A stretch of DNA of 64,000 nucleotides, taken from the NCBI GenBank assembly GCA_041661985.1, contig JBAZTK010000008.1, positions 12,383-76,382 of the forward strand. The letters run 5' to 3'. Numbering within the stretch: position 1 is the first letter of the stretch; each line of letters opens with the position of its first letter. This stretch comes from Sulfuricurvum sp. Lineage in GTDB: Bacteria; Campylobacterota; Campylobacteria; Campylobacterales; Sulfurimonadaceae. The notes under the pieces were generated by a model that searched no databases, was not told the DNA's origin, and saw nothing but the letters and a program-made list of their open reading frames with translations. This document shows positions 45,055 through 54,999 of the stretch, piece by piece. The translations under genes and the position numbers were made by a program.

Positions 45055-45101
45055 AAGCTCAGCCTCCGCTTTTATAGGTCGGCTGGAGCGCCTTGTTAGG
45101 C
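45055..45101 (-). mobile_element. Integron attC site (right end apparently truncated)
   Basis: Minus strand: R'' GCCTAAC, 5-nt spacer AAGGC, L'' GCTCCAGC with one extra base, loop, L' GCTGAGC. The expected R' GTTRRRY is absent and the 14-bp hairpin follows. Confidence 0.75.
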
Positions 45102-45619
45102 GCGTTTTTACTGCTGTTTATCTGGATTTTATTTATTTCATCTACTATTCGCTCTAGTTGCTCACCTCTAGTGATTGTATTTGGTATAGCTGAGGCAGCG
45201 AGTATTGCAACTCTATATTCTTTATTTGCTAAAGAATGTGTTACCACTTTAGTTAGCGACTCTCCGCAACTTATAGTATTTGGGATTTTTAGAGCGGATG
45301 CATACATTAGTTCACTGGCAGTGGATTCAGAATTGACAGTGAATGGTATTGCTATCTTGTATTCTTGCTTGCTGCTCGATGAGCTAGCCATATTACTTGT
45401 TATCCAGGAAAAAGCCCAAATAAATGCTGGGAAGGCCAGCATAAATAACAAAACGCCAACTAGATCAAATAGCGCAGAAAACGTTGATTCATTTTTCTTT
45501 GCTTTACTAGGTTCTCCATTAGTCGTAACCGCCTTTTCTCTATGAAACGTTGCCGCTTTATAGAGACCAACCAAGGCTGTGGCCAAAATTACGATTTGAG
45601 TAACAAGTTCAGTTGTCAT
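45059..45619 (-). CDS. Cassette-borne hypothetical membrane protein
   Basis: Two N-terminal hydrophobic segments; reads through attC (ends PNKALQPTYKSGG); GTTAGGC core site 10 nt upstream of the ATG. Confidence 0.7.
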   Translation of the reverse strand: MTTELVTQIVILATALVGLYKAATFHREKAVTTNGEPSKAKKNESTFSALFDLVGVLLFMLAFPAFIWAFSWITSNMASSSSSKQEYKIAIPFTVNSESTASELMYASALKIPNTISCGESLTKVVTHSLANKEYRVAILAASAIPNTITRGEQLERIVDEINKIQINSSKNAPNKALQPTYKSGG

Positions 45620-45949
45620 TTTTTTATGCGCCTAACTATTTATTCATACCAAAAATATACCATTTTGATAGAAATTCACAAGATAATCGGACATTCAAAA
45701 TGTCCTACTATCAGAAACATCCAATCAGAATATTACATATTGATATATTTTAAACATTCTACACCGTTTTTCTTAAAATAATTTCCGTAAACACCTTAAT
45801 CGGAGGTTCGATCCCATCTCATTCACCCCCTGAATACTCCTTTGCAAGATAGGGCTTGATTTCCGTTTGTAGAGGGTAAAAATTTACCGAAAGAGCGGTA
45901 CGATACACTTATCAAACACATAGAAGCGCGAAACGGAATAATGGACAGA

Positions 45950-46363
45950 ATGAATATTAACTACAAAATTAATCCGACACTCTCTACGGAAGAGTTCATC
46001 AATATTCTTAACCGTTCCACATTGGGCGAACGCAGACCTGTCGATGATTTAGAATGTATTGAGAGTATGATCAAAAATGCTGATATTATTGTCACGGCAG
46101 TCATAGATGATAAGATTGTAGGAGTAGCGCGAGCAGTCACAGACTTTAGTTATTGCTGCTATTTGTCGGATTTGGCAGTAGATGCTGATTTCCAGCATCA
46201 TGGAATCGGTAAAAGGCTCATTCAAAAAGTGAGGGAGCAGTTAGGAGCTAAATGTAAAGTAATTTTGCTTTCTGCCCCCATAGCGGTGGAGTATTATCCG
46301 AAAATCGGTTTTATGCAACATTCGTCAGCATGGGTATTGGACAGTACTCAAGAAATTTTATGA
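45950..46363 (+). CDS. GNAT-family N-acetyltransferase
   Basis: YLSDLAVDADFQHHGIGKRLI, YYPKIGF; start ATG 45950 or 45941. Confidence 0.9.
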   Translation: MNINYKINPTLSTEEFINILNRSTLGERRPVDDLECIESMIKNADIIVTAVIDDKIVGVARAVTDFSYCCYLSDLAVDADFQHHGIGKRLIQKVREQLGAKCKVILLSAPIAVEYYPKIGFMQHSSAWVLDSTQEIL

Positions 46364-46968
46364 GCATCCAAAATAGCATCACCGACACCATGGACGTATT
46401 CGCCGAGAAATTCGAGGGGGTTGATCTGCACGGCAAAAAGATCAGTAAAGCAGAATTCGATGACTGCACCTTCGTCTCCTGTGATTTTAGCGAAACCTTT
46501 TTCTCCTCCTGCAAATTTACCGAATGCCGTTTTGAAAACTGTAATCTGAGCCTAATGAAACTGACCAATACCAAAATGAGCGATGTCGAGTTTGTTTCGT
46601 GCAAGATGATAGGGATTGATTGGACGATGGCGGATTGGAAGAGTTTGCTCAATGCCGATCCGCTGCGTATTCGTGAGTGTATCCTCAATGATGGCAATTT
46701 TTTCGGTCTGAATTTAGAGGGATTAGTGATGCGGGAGTGCCGAGCCAAAGAGGTCGATTTTCGTAATGGATCGTTTCAAAAAGCTGATTTTACAGGGAGT
46801 GATTTCAAGGGGGCATTGTTTGGTAATACCCACCTCGAAGGTGCCAATTTTACCGACACGAGCAACACGATGATCGATGTACGCTCCAACCACGTCAAAG
46901 GGGCAATGTTCAGCCGCTATGAGGCTCTGTTTTTACTTGAATCGATGGGGATTGTGTTGGTCGATTAA
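46360..46968 (+). CDS. Pentapeptide-repeat protein
   Basis: Tandem pentapeptides (FDDCT FVSCD FSETF FSSCK FTECR FENCN); ATGA overlap with the GNAT gene. Confidence 0.88.
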   Translation: MSIQNSITDTMDVFAEKFEGVDLHGKKISKAEFDDCTFVSCDFSETFFSSCKFTECRFENCNLSLMKLTNTKMSDVEFVSCKMIGIDWTMADWKSLLNADPLRIRECILNDGNFFGLNLEGLVMRECRAKEVDFRNGSFQKADFTGSDFKGALFGNTHLEGANFTDTSNTMIDVRSNHVKGAMFSRYEALFLLESMGIVLVD

Positions 46969-46983
46969 GGGTTTGGTATGGCG

Positions 46984-47574
46984 TTAGAGGGATACCACAT
47001 CCGTTGAAAGCAAGATGCGCATCGTATCATAGGCGTTTCCTATCTCGCCCACTTGCAAAGAGGTAGGGTTGATCCCTAGGGCATTGAGACACAATCCGCA
47101 GCTGTAGATGATAACCCCGCGAGATGCCAGAGCTTGTAAAGATTCGATGATTTCACTGTTTTCTTGCTGTGTCGTGAGCAGTACCCCTTCGTTGACGAAG
47201 AGGATGTAGCGGGGAAGTGCCTCAAATTCCAACGTGGTTTTTAAAAAGCCGTTCATCAGTTTTTTCCCAAGCTCCCCATTGCCGATTCGATCCGTTTTGA
47301 TAAAAATAGTTCGATTTAAAAGGTTTTCTTTTTTCTCATTAACGGCAATATCACATCCAAATCCTTTCACGATCTTCATCACCGTGATACCGTCGGGGCG
47401 TTTCTCCTCTGTAGCAGTGCATCCTTGTGATAGGGCGAACCTTCGACAGTTCTCAACCGATGAAACGCTGTTAAGCTCGAGATCAATGATTCCATCAGTG
47501 GGTAGAGCTTCGAGGGCTTTTTTGAGTTCCAGCACGGGTTTGGGACAGTCTAAGTCTTTGCAGTCTAGGTTCAT
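46984..47574 (-). CDS. YedF-like sulfurtransferase (TusA plus DsrE domains)
   Basis: LDCKDLDCPKPV TusA motif; FVNEGVLL...SCGLCL DsrE-like domain. Confidence 0.82.
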   Translation of the reverse strand: MNLDCKDLDCPKPVLELKKALEALPTDGIIDLELNSVSSVENCRRFALSQGCTATEEKRPDGITVMKIVKGFGCDIAVNEKKENLLNRTIFIKTDRIGNGELGKKLMNGFLKTTLEFEALPRYILFVNEGVLLTTQQENSEIIESLQALASRGVIIYSCGLCLNALGINPTSLQVGEIGNAYDTMRILLSTDVVSL

Positions 47575-48503
47575 GTGATTGCTCCTTTTTTAAATATCAG
47601 ATTTTTGAGACTTCTCTCTTCATCACTTGCAGAGAAGCTCTCCAGATTATTCAGTCTCTCAATATAACAGAATTCGGGAGCATTTTCGCTAAAAAGTGTT
47701 TTGATAAATGCGGTATGCAGTTCTGGAGCGTTGAGCGCTGACAAAACGGTGCACTCAGGGCTTGCAAATTCATGGAGTCTTCGGATGATCTTCACGTAGT
47801 CACTTGTTGCCGCAAACGACCCTTTTTGAAAACTGGGGGGATCGATGATGATGAGGTCATAGGGTCCCTCCTTGCGGATACGGCCCCACGATTTAAGGAT
47901 GTTGTAGGGCATGAATTGCACATTTTTCGTATCCAGACCGTTAAGTCGGTGGTTCTCTCTTCCGATGGTGAGGACGTTTTTGTTCATATCGACATTGACG
48001 ACCGATGCGGCACCGCCCTTGATTGCCGCAACGGAGAAAGAGCAGGTGTAAGAGAAGAGATTGAGAACGTTTTTCCCTTTCGCATTCTCGCGGATAAATG
48101 ATCTCCCTATCTTCATATCGGGGAAGAAGCCGATGTTTTGGGCGTTAAGAAAATTGATATGGTATTTGAGACCGTTCTCGATGGCATAAGTCTCCTTAGG
48201 GAGTTCCCCTGCAAACACTACCGAGGGTGACAAGGGGAGATAGCGTTGCTGGATAACCAGTGCCTCCCATTGGAGCTGACGCGCATAAAATTTTTGTAAC
48301 ATAGTGATGATTTTTTCTTCATCATCGTCCGCTTCAAAAAAGACGGCAAAGAGAACCTTGTCAACACTGTCTATCGTGAGAAACCCATAGCCATCATAAG
48401 CGTTTCCACGTCCGTGAAACAATCGGAGGTATTCCTCTGTTTTGTTTTGCGCGTTGGCGGTTAAGAGTTGATGCAGCTCCTCTAAATTCAAAACAGTTCC
48501 CAC
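47571..48503 (-). CDS. RlmI/RlmK-type SAM-dependent methyltransferase
   Basis: VLNLFSYTCSFSVAA, NVDM, IIIDPPSF; start codon uncertain. Confidence 0.78.
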   Translation of the reverse strand: MGTVLNLEELHQLLTANAQNKTEEYLRLFHGRGNAYDGYGFLTIDSVDKVLFAVFFEADDDEEKIITMLQKFYARQLQWEALVIQQRYLPLSPSVVFAGELPKETYAIENGLKYHINFLNAQNIGFFPDMKIGRSFIRENAKGKNVLNLFSYTCSFSVAAIKGGAASVVNVDMNKNVLTIGRENHRLNGLDTKNVQFMPYNILKSWGRIRKEGPYDLIIIDPPSFQKGSFAATSDYVKIIRRLHEFASPECTVLSALNAPELHTAFIKTLFSENAPEFCYIERLNNLESFSASDEERSLKNLIFKKGAIT

Positions 48504-49261
48504 GGTTTATTCCAAATCTCAAGTTGTGTTGTGCACTCAGAACTCACAAACCGTTCCCCCTCATCGGGAGGTGAAACAAAGCTGAACTCTTCATCGACCA
48601 AACGAAAGCGCAATGCATAGGCGTGCAGATACCCTCTCTCTTCTTTTTTGGCTTCTTGGGCATGAGCATAGCGATTATCTCCGGCGATAGGGGAACCGAG
48701 GCTTTTTAGAGCGACACGGATTTGGTGCGTTTTTCCCGTATGGGGCTTGATCAAAAAGAAGCGTTCATGGGTGCGCAATGCACAGCTTATAAACTGCGAG
48801 ATGGCGGGATTGTCCATGGTGGACAGGAGTTTATAATCACCGCGTCTGGCGCTTCCCATGTCCCCTTTGACCCACCCCTGTTTTTTTTTCGGTTTGCGCA
48901 TCGAGATGGCGAGGTAGTATTTTTCTACCTCTCGATTTTCAAACATTTTTCCAAACAGTGCGGCAACTTCGGAACTTTTAGCCAAGATCACCAGACCAGA
49001 GGTCATTTTATCCAGACGGTGAACGGGGAAGAGGGGGATGCCCTCTTGTTGGCTTACTTGGACAACAAAGCCTGCTTCTTCTTCGGAGTGAAAATTGACC
49101 CCTGCATTTTTAATGGCGATAATAAAGTCATTGTTTTCAAATGCAATAGGTATTGTTTTCGGATCGTCGGCCAAGCAGTCTCTTTGAGCATAATAGATGC
49201 GTAATTGTACCGCAATGGTGGTACAATCTGTGTGAATGGCAGTTGATTTTATCTCGATCAT
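48488..49261 (-). CDS. RluA-family pseudouridine synthase
   Basis: [26 protein letters not shown]. True start may be TTG 49174 because copA diverges only 16 bp beyond 49261. Confidence 0.85.
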   Translation of the reverse strand: MIEIKSTAIHTDCTTIAVQLRIYYAQRDCLADDPKTIPIAFENNDFIIAIKNAGVNFHSEEEAGFVVQVSQQEGIPLFPVHRLDKMTSGLVILAKSSEVAALFGKMFENREVEKYYLAISMRKPKKKQGWVKGDMGSARRGDYKLLSTMDNPAISQFISCALRTHERFFLIKPHTGKTHQIRVALKSLGSPIAGDNRYAHAQEAKKEERGYLHAYALRFRLVDEEFSFVSPPDEGERFVSSECTTQLEIWNKPWELF

Positions 49262-49277
49262 ATTCAGGAGGTCGGTT

Positions 49278-51395
49278 ATGGATTCTCAAATTTACACGTG
49301 TCCCATGCATCCCGAAGTTCAGCAGAAAGGTCCGGGGGACTGTCCAAAGTGTGGTATGGCCCTTGAACCTAGTGTAGTCCAGATCCAAGAGGATACCGAT
49401 GAAATAGAAGAGATGACACGTCGTTTTTGGGTCAGTACCTTTTTAGCAATGCTGGTCTTTATCAGTGCTATGGGTTCCGAGATGTGGCCTGAAGCTTTTG
49501 ATACCCTAATCAATCCAAAAAGTCGTCAGTGGTTTGAACTATTAGTCTCCACCCCCGTTGTGTGGTGGGGTGGATGGATCTTTTTTGTGCGCGGCTGGCA
49601 ATCGATTATGACGCGAAATCTTAATATGTTTACCCTCATAGCTTTGGGTGTCAGTACAGCATGGAGTTACAGTTTCATCGCGGTGGTGTCACCCTCCATC
49701 TTTCCCGCAGAGATACGAATGATGGGCGTTGTTCCGGTCTATTTTGAGGCGGCATCGGTCATCATTGCGCTGGTTTTATTGGGGCAGGTGTTGGAACTGC
49801 GTGCGCGAAGTCAGACCAACTCAGCGATCAAACTGCTGATGGGATTGGCACCCAAAACGGCACGTATCATTCGAGAGGACGGGAGAGAAGAGGATATTGA
49901 ACTTGAGCATGTCCAAAGGGGTGATCATTTGCGTGTCCGACCGGGTGAAAAAATACCGGTGGACGGTGAGGTGGTTGAGGGACAGAGCAATGTGGATGAA
50001 TCGATGGTGACCGGTGAACCCATAGCCGTCTCCAAGAAAAAGGGAGAATGGCTGATCGGTGCCACGATCAACGGTACAGGAAGCCTCATTATGCGCGCGG
50101 ATAAGGTTGGCTCTGATACGTTACTCTCACAGATAGTCAAGATGGTATCTCGGGCTCAGCGTTCTCGTGCACCGATACAAAAACTCGTGGATACGGTTGC
50201 AGGATATTTTGTCCCTGCGGTTGTTTTGACCGCTATTGCAACTTTTTTTGGATGGTATATTTTTGGTCCTCAACCCTCTCTAAGTTTGGCGCTTATAAAT
50301 GCAGTGGCGGTGATGATCATTGCCTGCCCTTGTGCCCTTGGGCTAGCAACACCCATGTCGATTATGGTGGGTACTGGCAAGGGGGCGATGCTGGGTGTAT
50401 TGATCAAAAATGCCGAAGCGTTGGAAGTGATGGAAAAAGTGGACACTCTAGTCGTAGATAAGACGGGAACATTGACAGAGGGTAAGCCAACGTTGATTTC
50501 TATTGAAGTTACCAAAGGTTATGAAGAGAATGAGTGTCTACGCTTAGCAGCTATATTGGAACATTCCAGTGAGCACCCTCTGGCTGAGGCTATTGTGCAA
50601 GGGGCACAGAACCGAGGGTTGGAACTCGGTCATACAGAGAGCTTTCAGTCCGTAACCGGAAAGGGAATTGTCGGTGCAGTAGAAGGGCATAAGGTGGCAT
50701 TTGGAAATGTGCAACTTTTAGAGAGTTTGGGTATCGAATCTACTGTGCTGTCTGCACGTGCGGATGATTTACGCACTCAGGGACAAACAGTGATGTTTTT
50801 GGCTATTGATGGAGCCCTCGCAGCGGTTATGGGTGTTGCTGATCCACTCAAAGAATCTACGCCCGAAGCAATCCGTGATCTTCATGCACTGGGCATTCGT
50901 GTCGTGATGCTGACGGGTGATAATATTGTTACGGCACAGGTGGTTGCTTCAAAATTAGGTATTGATGAGGTGCAAGCAGAAGTCATGCCTCAACAAAAAG
51001 CCCAAATAGTCAAACAGCTTCAGGTCAGTGGACACATTGTAGCGATGGCGGGTGATGGGATCAACGATGCACCTGCGCTGGCACAGGCTCATGTGGGCAT
51101 TGCGATGGGGACAGGGACGGATATTGCGATTGAGAGTGCGGGGATGACCCTCATAAAAGGGGATCTGCGTGGAATCGTCCGTGCCCGTCGTCTAAGTCTC
51201 GCTACGATGCAAAATATTCGTCAAAATCTCTTTTTTGCTTTTCTGTACAACACCGTTGGGATTGCGATAGCCGCTGGGGCTTTATATCCATTTTTTGGGA
51301 TACTACTTTCACCGATGATCGCGGCGGCGGCGATGAGCTTTAGCTCTGTATCGGTGATTGCCAATGCACTTAGATTACGAAGTCAAAAACTATAG
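49278..51395 (+). CDS. copA: Cu(I)/Ag(I)-type P1B ATPase
   Basis: YTCPMHP...[39 protein letters not shown] and MSFSS; AGGAGG RBS before ATG 49278. Confidence 0.92.
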   Translation: MDSQIYTCPMHPEVQQKGPGDCPKCGMALEPSVVQIQEDTDEIEEMTRRFWVSTFLAMLVFISAMGSEMWPEAFDTLINPKSRQWFELLVSTPVVWWGGWIFFVRGWQSIMTRNLNMFTLIALGVSTAWSYSFIAVVSPSIFPAEIRMMGVVPVYFEAASVIIALVLLGQVLELRARSQTNSAIKLLMGLAPKTARIIREDGREEDIELEHVQRGDHLRVRPGEKIPVDGEVVEGQSNVDESMVTGEPIAVSKKKGEWLIGATINGTGSLIMRADKVGSDTLLSQIVKMVSRAQRSRAPIQKLVDTVAGYFVPAVVLTAIATFFGWYIFGPQPSLSLALINAVAVMIIACPCALGLATPMSIMVGTGKGAMLGVLIKNAEALEVMEKVDTLVVDKTGTLTEGKPTLISIEVTKGYEENECLRLAAILEHSSEHPLAEAIVQGAQNRGLELGHTESFQSVTGKGIVGAVEGHKVAFGNVQLLESLGIESTVLSARADDLRTQGQTVMFLAIDGALAAVMGVADPLKESTPEAIRDLHALGIRVVMLTGDNIVTAQVVASKLGIDEVQAEVMPQQKAQIVKQLQVSGHIVAMAGDGINDAPALAQAHVGIAMGTGTDIAIESAGMTLIKGDLRGIVRARRLSLATMQNIRQNLFFAFLYNTVGIAIAAGALYPFFGILLSPMIAAAAMSFSSVSVIANALRLRSQKL

Positions 51396-52106
51396 TAAAT
51401 CAGTTGCAGGATTGATAAGTCTATATTCACCGGATTTTAAATCTCTCAGCGTCAAATTCCCGATGCGAGAACGGTGCAATACTGTGACATGGTTACCTAC
51501 CGCGGCAAACATACGGCGTACTTGATGATATCGCCCCTCGGTGATTTCGAGTGTTGCATGAGTCTCATCGATTACACAAAGTTTTGCAGGAAGACACGCT
51601 GTTTTCTCACCGTTCAGCATCAAGGTGCCTGATGCAAAAATAGTGCTTTCATCTCCGTTTAACGGTCGATCAAGCGTTACTTCATACAGTTTTGGAATAT
51701 GAAATTTTGGCGATGTGAGGCGATGAAGCAACTGGCCATCATCGGTAAGTAATAACAGCCCGCTTGTCTCTTTATCCAATCGTCCTATTGTGGAAATTTT
51801 TGGATCACGATTACGCCATCGAGTAGGAAGCAGATCATAGACGAGCTGGCCTTCTCCATCATCATGTGAGCAGACCAAGTCCAGTGGTTTGTTCATTAGA
51901 ATAACGATTCCCTGCAAGGGATCAAGCGGTTCGCCATCAAACAGTACTTCATGATGAAACGCTTTGAAATCACTTTTTGTAATCATCTTACCATCGACCG
52001 TGACAAGCCCAGAAGCAATGAGCTTTTTGGACTCGTTACGACTTGCGTATCCTAGACTGGTGAGAAGTTGATCGAGACGTTGTTTAGAGGGCTTCAAGTT
52101 TTTCAT
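51390..52106 (-). CDS. RsuA-family pseudouridine synthase
   Basis: S4 domain QRLDQLL; [14 protein letters not shown]; [11 protein letters not shown]. Confidence 0.9.
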   Translation of the reverse strand: MKNLKPSKQRLDQLLTSLGYASRNESKKLIASGLVTVDGKMITKSDFKAFHHEVLFDGEPLDPLQGIVILMNKPLDLVCSHDDGEGQLVYDLLPTRWRNRDPKISTIGRLDKETSGLLLLTDDGQLLHRLTSPKFHIPKLYEVTLDRPLNGDESTIFASGTLMLNGEKTACLPAKLCVIDETHATLEITEGRYHQVRRMFAAVGNHVTVLHRSRIGNLTLRDLKSGEYRLINPATDLL

Positions 52107-53916
52107 CTGTCTCTTTGGTGATGCGCTCGAATTCATCACTGGCTACTTCCAACCGCTCAAACAGCTCTTCAATCATTTTTTCATCCGCAGCGACACTTTT
52201 GGAAAGCTCCATCAGCTTACTGCTATCGCCACTGTTGGAATAAGTGATCAGTTGGGCGTGTGAAGTTTTGAGTTTTTCTTCGAGTTGCATGATCGTATTT
52301 TCACAATAATCGATCTCTTTTTTAAGAGGATTTAGAAGACGTGATCGCTCTTGGATAATCTCGGTACGTTGTTGTTTTTGCTCTTTTTTAGAACCTTGCT
52401 GGACAGACTTTTGTGCTTTTGGTGCATCGCTGATATCGTCTTCCCAGCCAATTTTTGCTAAAAATTCATCGTAGGTACCATTAAAAAACTCAGCACCGCC
52501 CTCACGAAAAATGATAAGCTGATCAGCCAGCTCACGCAACAGCATTTCGGAGTGGGTAACGATGACTGTGGAGCCTTCAAAACGTTTGACCGCATCGCAC
52601 AGCGAATCAATGGATTGCATGTCGAGGTGATTGGTCGGTTCATCCAAAAAGAGAAGATTGGCAGGGGTGGCGATAATTTTACCCAACATGACACGGCTGC
52701 GCTCTCCTCCTGAGAGGATACTGATCTTTTTCTCACCGTCGTCACCGCTGAACATCATCGTTCCGCAGATGCCGCGTACTTTGACATTGGGCAAGGTATT
52801 GTCGGCACTTTGGATTTCATCGATGATAGTACTGCTCATATTCAGCCGCTCGATATTGGTTTGACCGAAATGGGCAATTTTTGTTGAGGGGTGCACAGTG
52901 ATCTCACCCTGTGGCGTCAGTACGCCTGCAAGGGTATTGAGCAGGGTTGATTTTCCTTTGCCGTTTTTACCGATGATGGCAAGGCATTTATTTTTTTCCA
53001 AGTTAAAGGAGAGATTTTGAAAGAGCAGTTCATTTGGCGTATATCCAAAGGAGAGATCTTTGACACTCATGATCACTTTGGCAGGAATCGGAGAATAAGA
53101 GAATGAAAACGACAAATCGCTGTCCGATTCAAGATTCTCCATGATCCCCATTTTATCCAGCTCTTTTTGTTTGGATTGTGCCATGACAGCTGTGGAAGCA
53201 CGGGCTTTGTTTCGAGCGATAAAATCGATGAGTTCCGCACGCTTTTTGTCATGATTGATCTTACTTTTTTCGTACAGCTCGTCTTCTTGGGCAATGTGCG
53301 CGTAATACTTGATACTGTTACCTTTGATGATTGAAACGTTTTTACGGCGCAAACCCATCGTATGAGTGCTTACAGAGTCCATAAAATCGCGATCATGGGT
53401 GATGAGGATCACTTCACCCTCAAAGGCACGTATAAAGGCTCCTAGCCATCGCAGAGAGACGATGTCGAGATAGTTAGTAGGTTCGTCCAACAGCAGGAGA
53501 TTGGGTTCGGTAACGAGGAGTTTTACGAGATTCATACGGATTTGATATCCGCCCGAAAAACTCAAGGGGTCTTTGTCCAAATCTTCTTGGGTAAACCCTA
53601 ATCCAAACAAGATCTTTTCTACTTTGTAGACATCATGTTGCGCATCGCCCTCAAGGACGGAAGCACACTCGTCACGAACAGTTTTATGGGTGAAATGAAG
53701 ATGTTGGCGCAAAGTACCGATACGGTAGTTTTTGGGGATAATGATCTCACCGCTATCGTACGGTTCTTCGCCCAAGATGATTTTAAAAAGAGTCGATTTT
53801 CCCGAGCCGTTACGTCCGACGAAACCGAGTTTATTGCCAGAAAAGAGTTTGAGATTGAGATCTTGAAAAAGAACTCTCCCTCCGTAGCTTTTGGTGAGAT
53901 TGTTGATTTGGATCAT
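52084..53916 (-). CDS. ABC-F family ATP-binding protein
   Basis: Two ABC domains (GRNGSGKST, GKNGKGKST; DEPTNYLD, DEPTNHLD), no TM segments, C-terminal coiled coil. Confidence 0.92.
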   Translation of the reverse strand: MIQINNLTKSYGGRVLFQDLNLKLFSGNKLGFVGRNGSGKSTLFKIILGEEPYDSGEIIIPKNYRIGTLRQHLHFTHKTVRDECASVLEGDAQHDVYKVEKILFGLGFTQEDLDKDPLSFSGGYQIRMNLVKLLVTEPNLLLLDEPTNYLDIVSLRWLGAFIRAFEGEVILITHDRDFMDSVSTHTMGLRRKNVSIIKGNSIKYYAHIAQEDELYEKSKINHDKKRAELIDFIARNKARASTAVMAQSKQKELDKMGIMENLESDSDLSFSFSYSPIPAKVIMSVKDLSFGYTPNELLFQNLSFNLEKNKCLAIIGKNGKGKSTLLNTLAGVLTPQGEITVHPSTKIAHFGQTNIERLNMSSTIIDEIQSADNTLPNVKVRGICGTMMFSGDDGEKKISILSGGERSRVMLGKIIATPANLLFLDEPTNHLDMQSIDSLCDAVKRFEGSTVIVTHSEMLLRELADQLIIFREGGAEFFNGTYDEFLAKIGWEDDISDAPKAQKSVQQGSKKEQKQQRTEIIQERSRLLNPLKKEIDYCENTIMQLEEKLKTSHAQLITYSNSGDSSKLMELSKSVAADEKMIEELFERLEVASDEFERITKETDEKLEAL

Positions 53917-54992
53917 TATTCTTCTATTTTATGAGGAAGTTTACCCGGCATCGCCTCTTTGGTAGAGAGCATGTTCTCGATTTGGAGTTTTACCTTGTCA
54001 TAACGAAACTGTTCTTTGAACCCTTGGATTCTGCCACCCGCTGCATTGGGGTGTCCGCCACCGCCAACCCATTCGCCGGACATCATCGCGACATCCACAC
54101 GGTTATGTCCACGAAGACTCATCGTACCGCGTGTTCCTACATCTAAAAAGAAATCAAACTCGCCGTAAGTGGTCAAAAATCCGTTTCCGATGATAGAGGT
54201 ATTGCCCAAACCATAGCTCAAATAACCGCGCCATCCTTTGTAATAAATGGTCATAGAAGAGCGTTTAGTTCCTAGCAGTCCGACAATATGCTTGGTTGAA
54301 AGATTGTCCAGAGTATTGTCCACACCGTCTTTAAAGAAATCTTTTTTCATTTTATGCAGCGTTTCGTCCAATGCGATGTTGGCGTTAGGCTCAAAGCGCA
54401 TAAGTGCTGCTTGTTCCAGCATCGCGAGTTTATAAGCACGATCTTCGGATGCAAACATAACCCGATTAATCTCTTTGGCATCGCTGATCAGACGCATACA
54501 GACTTTGCCGTATTCAAAATCTTCTACTTCATCTTGGTGCCATAAATCGACTGCATTGACCACTTTGACAAAGGCTTCGAGCCATCCGCCTCCTTGCAGT
54601 CCGTAATGCTCTTGAGCGTACTCATAAACGATTTTAGTAGCACAACGCTCGGTATCCAAAAAATACCATTGGTATTGCGCCGCAGTGTCTTTTCCACTAC
54701 CGTGGTGATCGAGTAAATTGATAGTGATTTTCCAGCCCGTGTCATTGAGTCGGTTCACTTCATTATTCAGCCATTTGGCCTCTTCGGGGTAAAGATTTAG
54801 ATCGGTGATTAAAATAGTGGCTTCTTGCTTCTCTTTTTTGATGAGTTCCACAATCTCTGTAAGTCGCTCCATCACTTCTGCACCGTAATTGGCGTTATAA
54901 CTGATCATTGTATGGGAAGTCTGCGCCATAACGAGCTGACAGCTGTAGCCATCTAAATCGATGTGCGAAAGGTGGTAAATAATTTTGTTCAT
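53916..54992 (-). CDS. DHH-family phosphoesterase
   Basis: HIDLDG, ITDL, LDHH, GGGHPNAAGG. Confidence 0.88.
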   Translation of the reverse strand: MNKIIYHLSHIDLDGYSCQLVMAQTSHTMISYNANYGAEVMERLTEIVELIKKEKQEATILITDLNLYPEEAKWLNNEVNRLNDTGWKITINLLDHHGSGKDTAAQYQWYFLDTERCATKIVYEYAQEHYGLQGGGWLEAFVKVVNAVDLWHQDEVEDFEYGKVCMRLISDAKEINRVMFASEDRAYKLAMLEQAALMRFEPNANIALDETLHKMKKDFFKDGVDNTLDNLSTKHIVGLLGTKRSSMTIYYKGWRGYLSYGLGNTSIIGNGFLTTYGEFDFFLDVGTRGTMSLRGHNRVDVAMMSGEWVGGGGHPNAAGGRIQGFKEQFRYDKVKLQIENMLSTKEAMPGKLPHKIEE

Positions 54993-54999
54993 GAATATC

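Noticed and set aside
45637-45780. AT-rich region with a 7-bp hairpin (45689-45705) as a possible attI
   Set aside because: No intI adjacent and no recognisable attI box arrangement; only the GTTAGGC core is supported.
45800-45830. GGAGGTTCGATCCC resembling a tRNA T-arm or att site
   Set aside because: No acceptor stem, D-arm, anticodon arm or CCA could be built, and there is no integrase or second copy in the window.
48488-49278. Only 16 bp between the divergent RluA-like and copA genes
   Set aside because: Most simply explained by an over-extended start call for the RluA-like ORF (alternative TTG at 49174).
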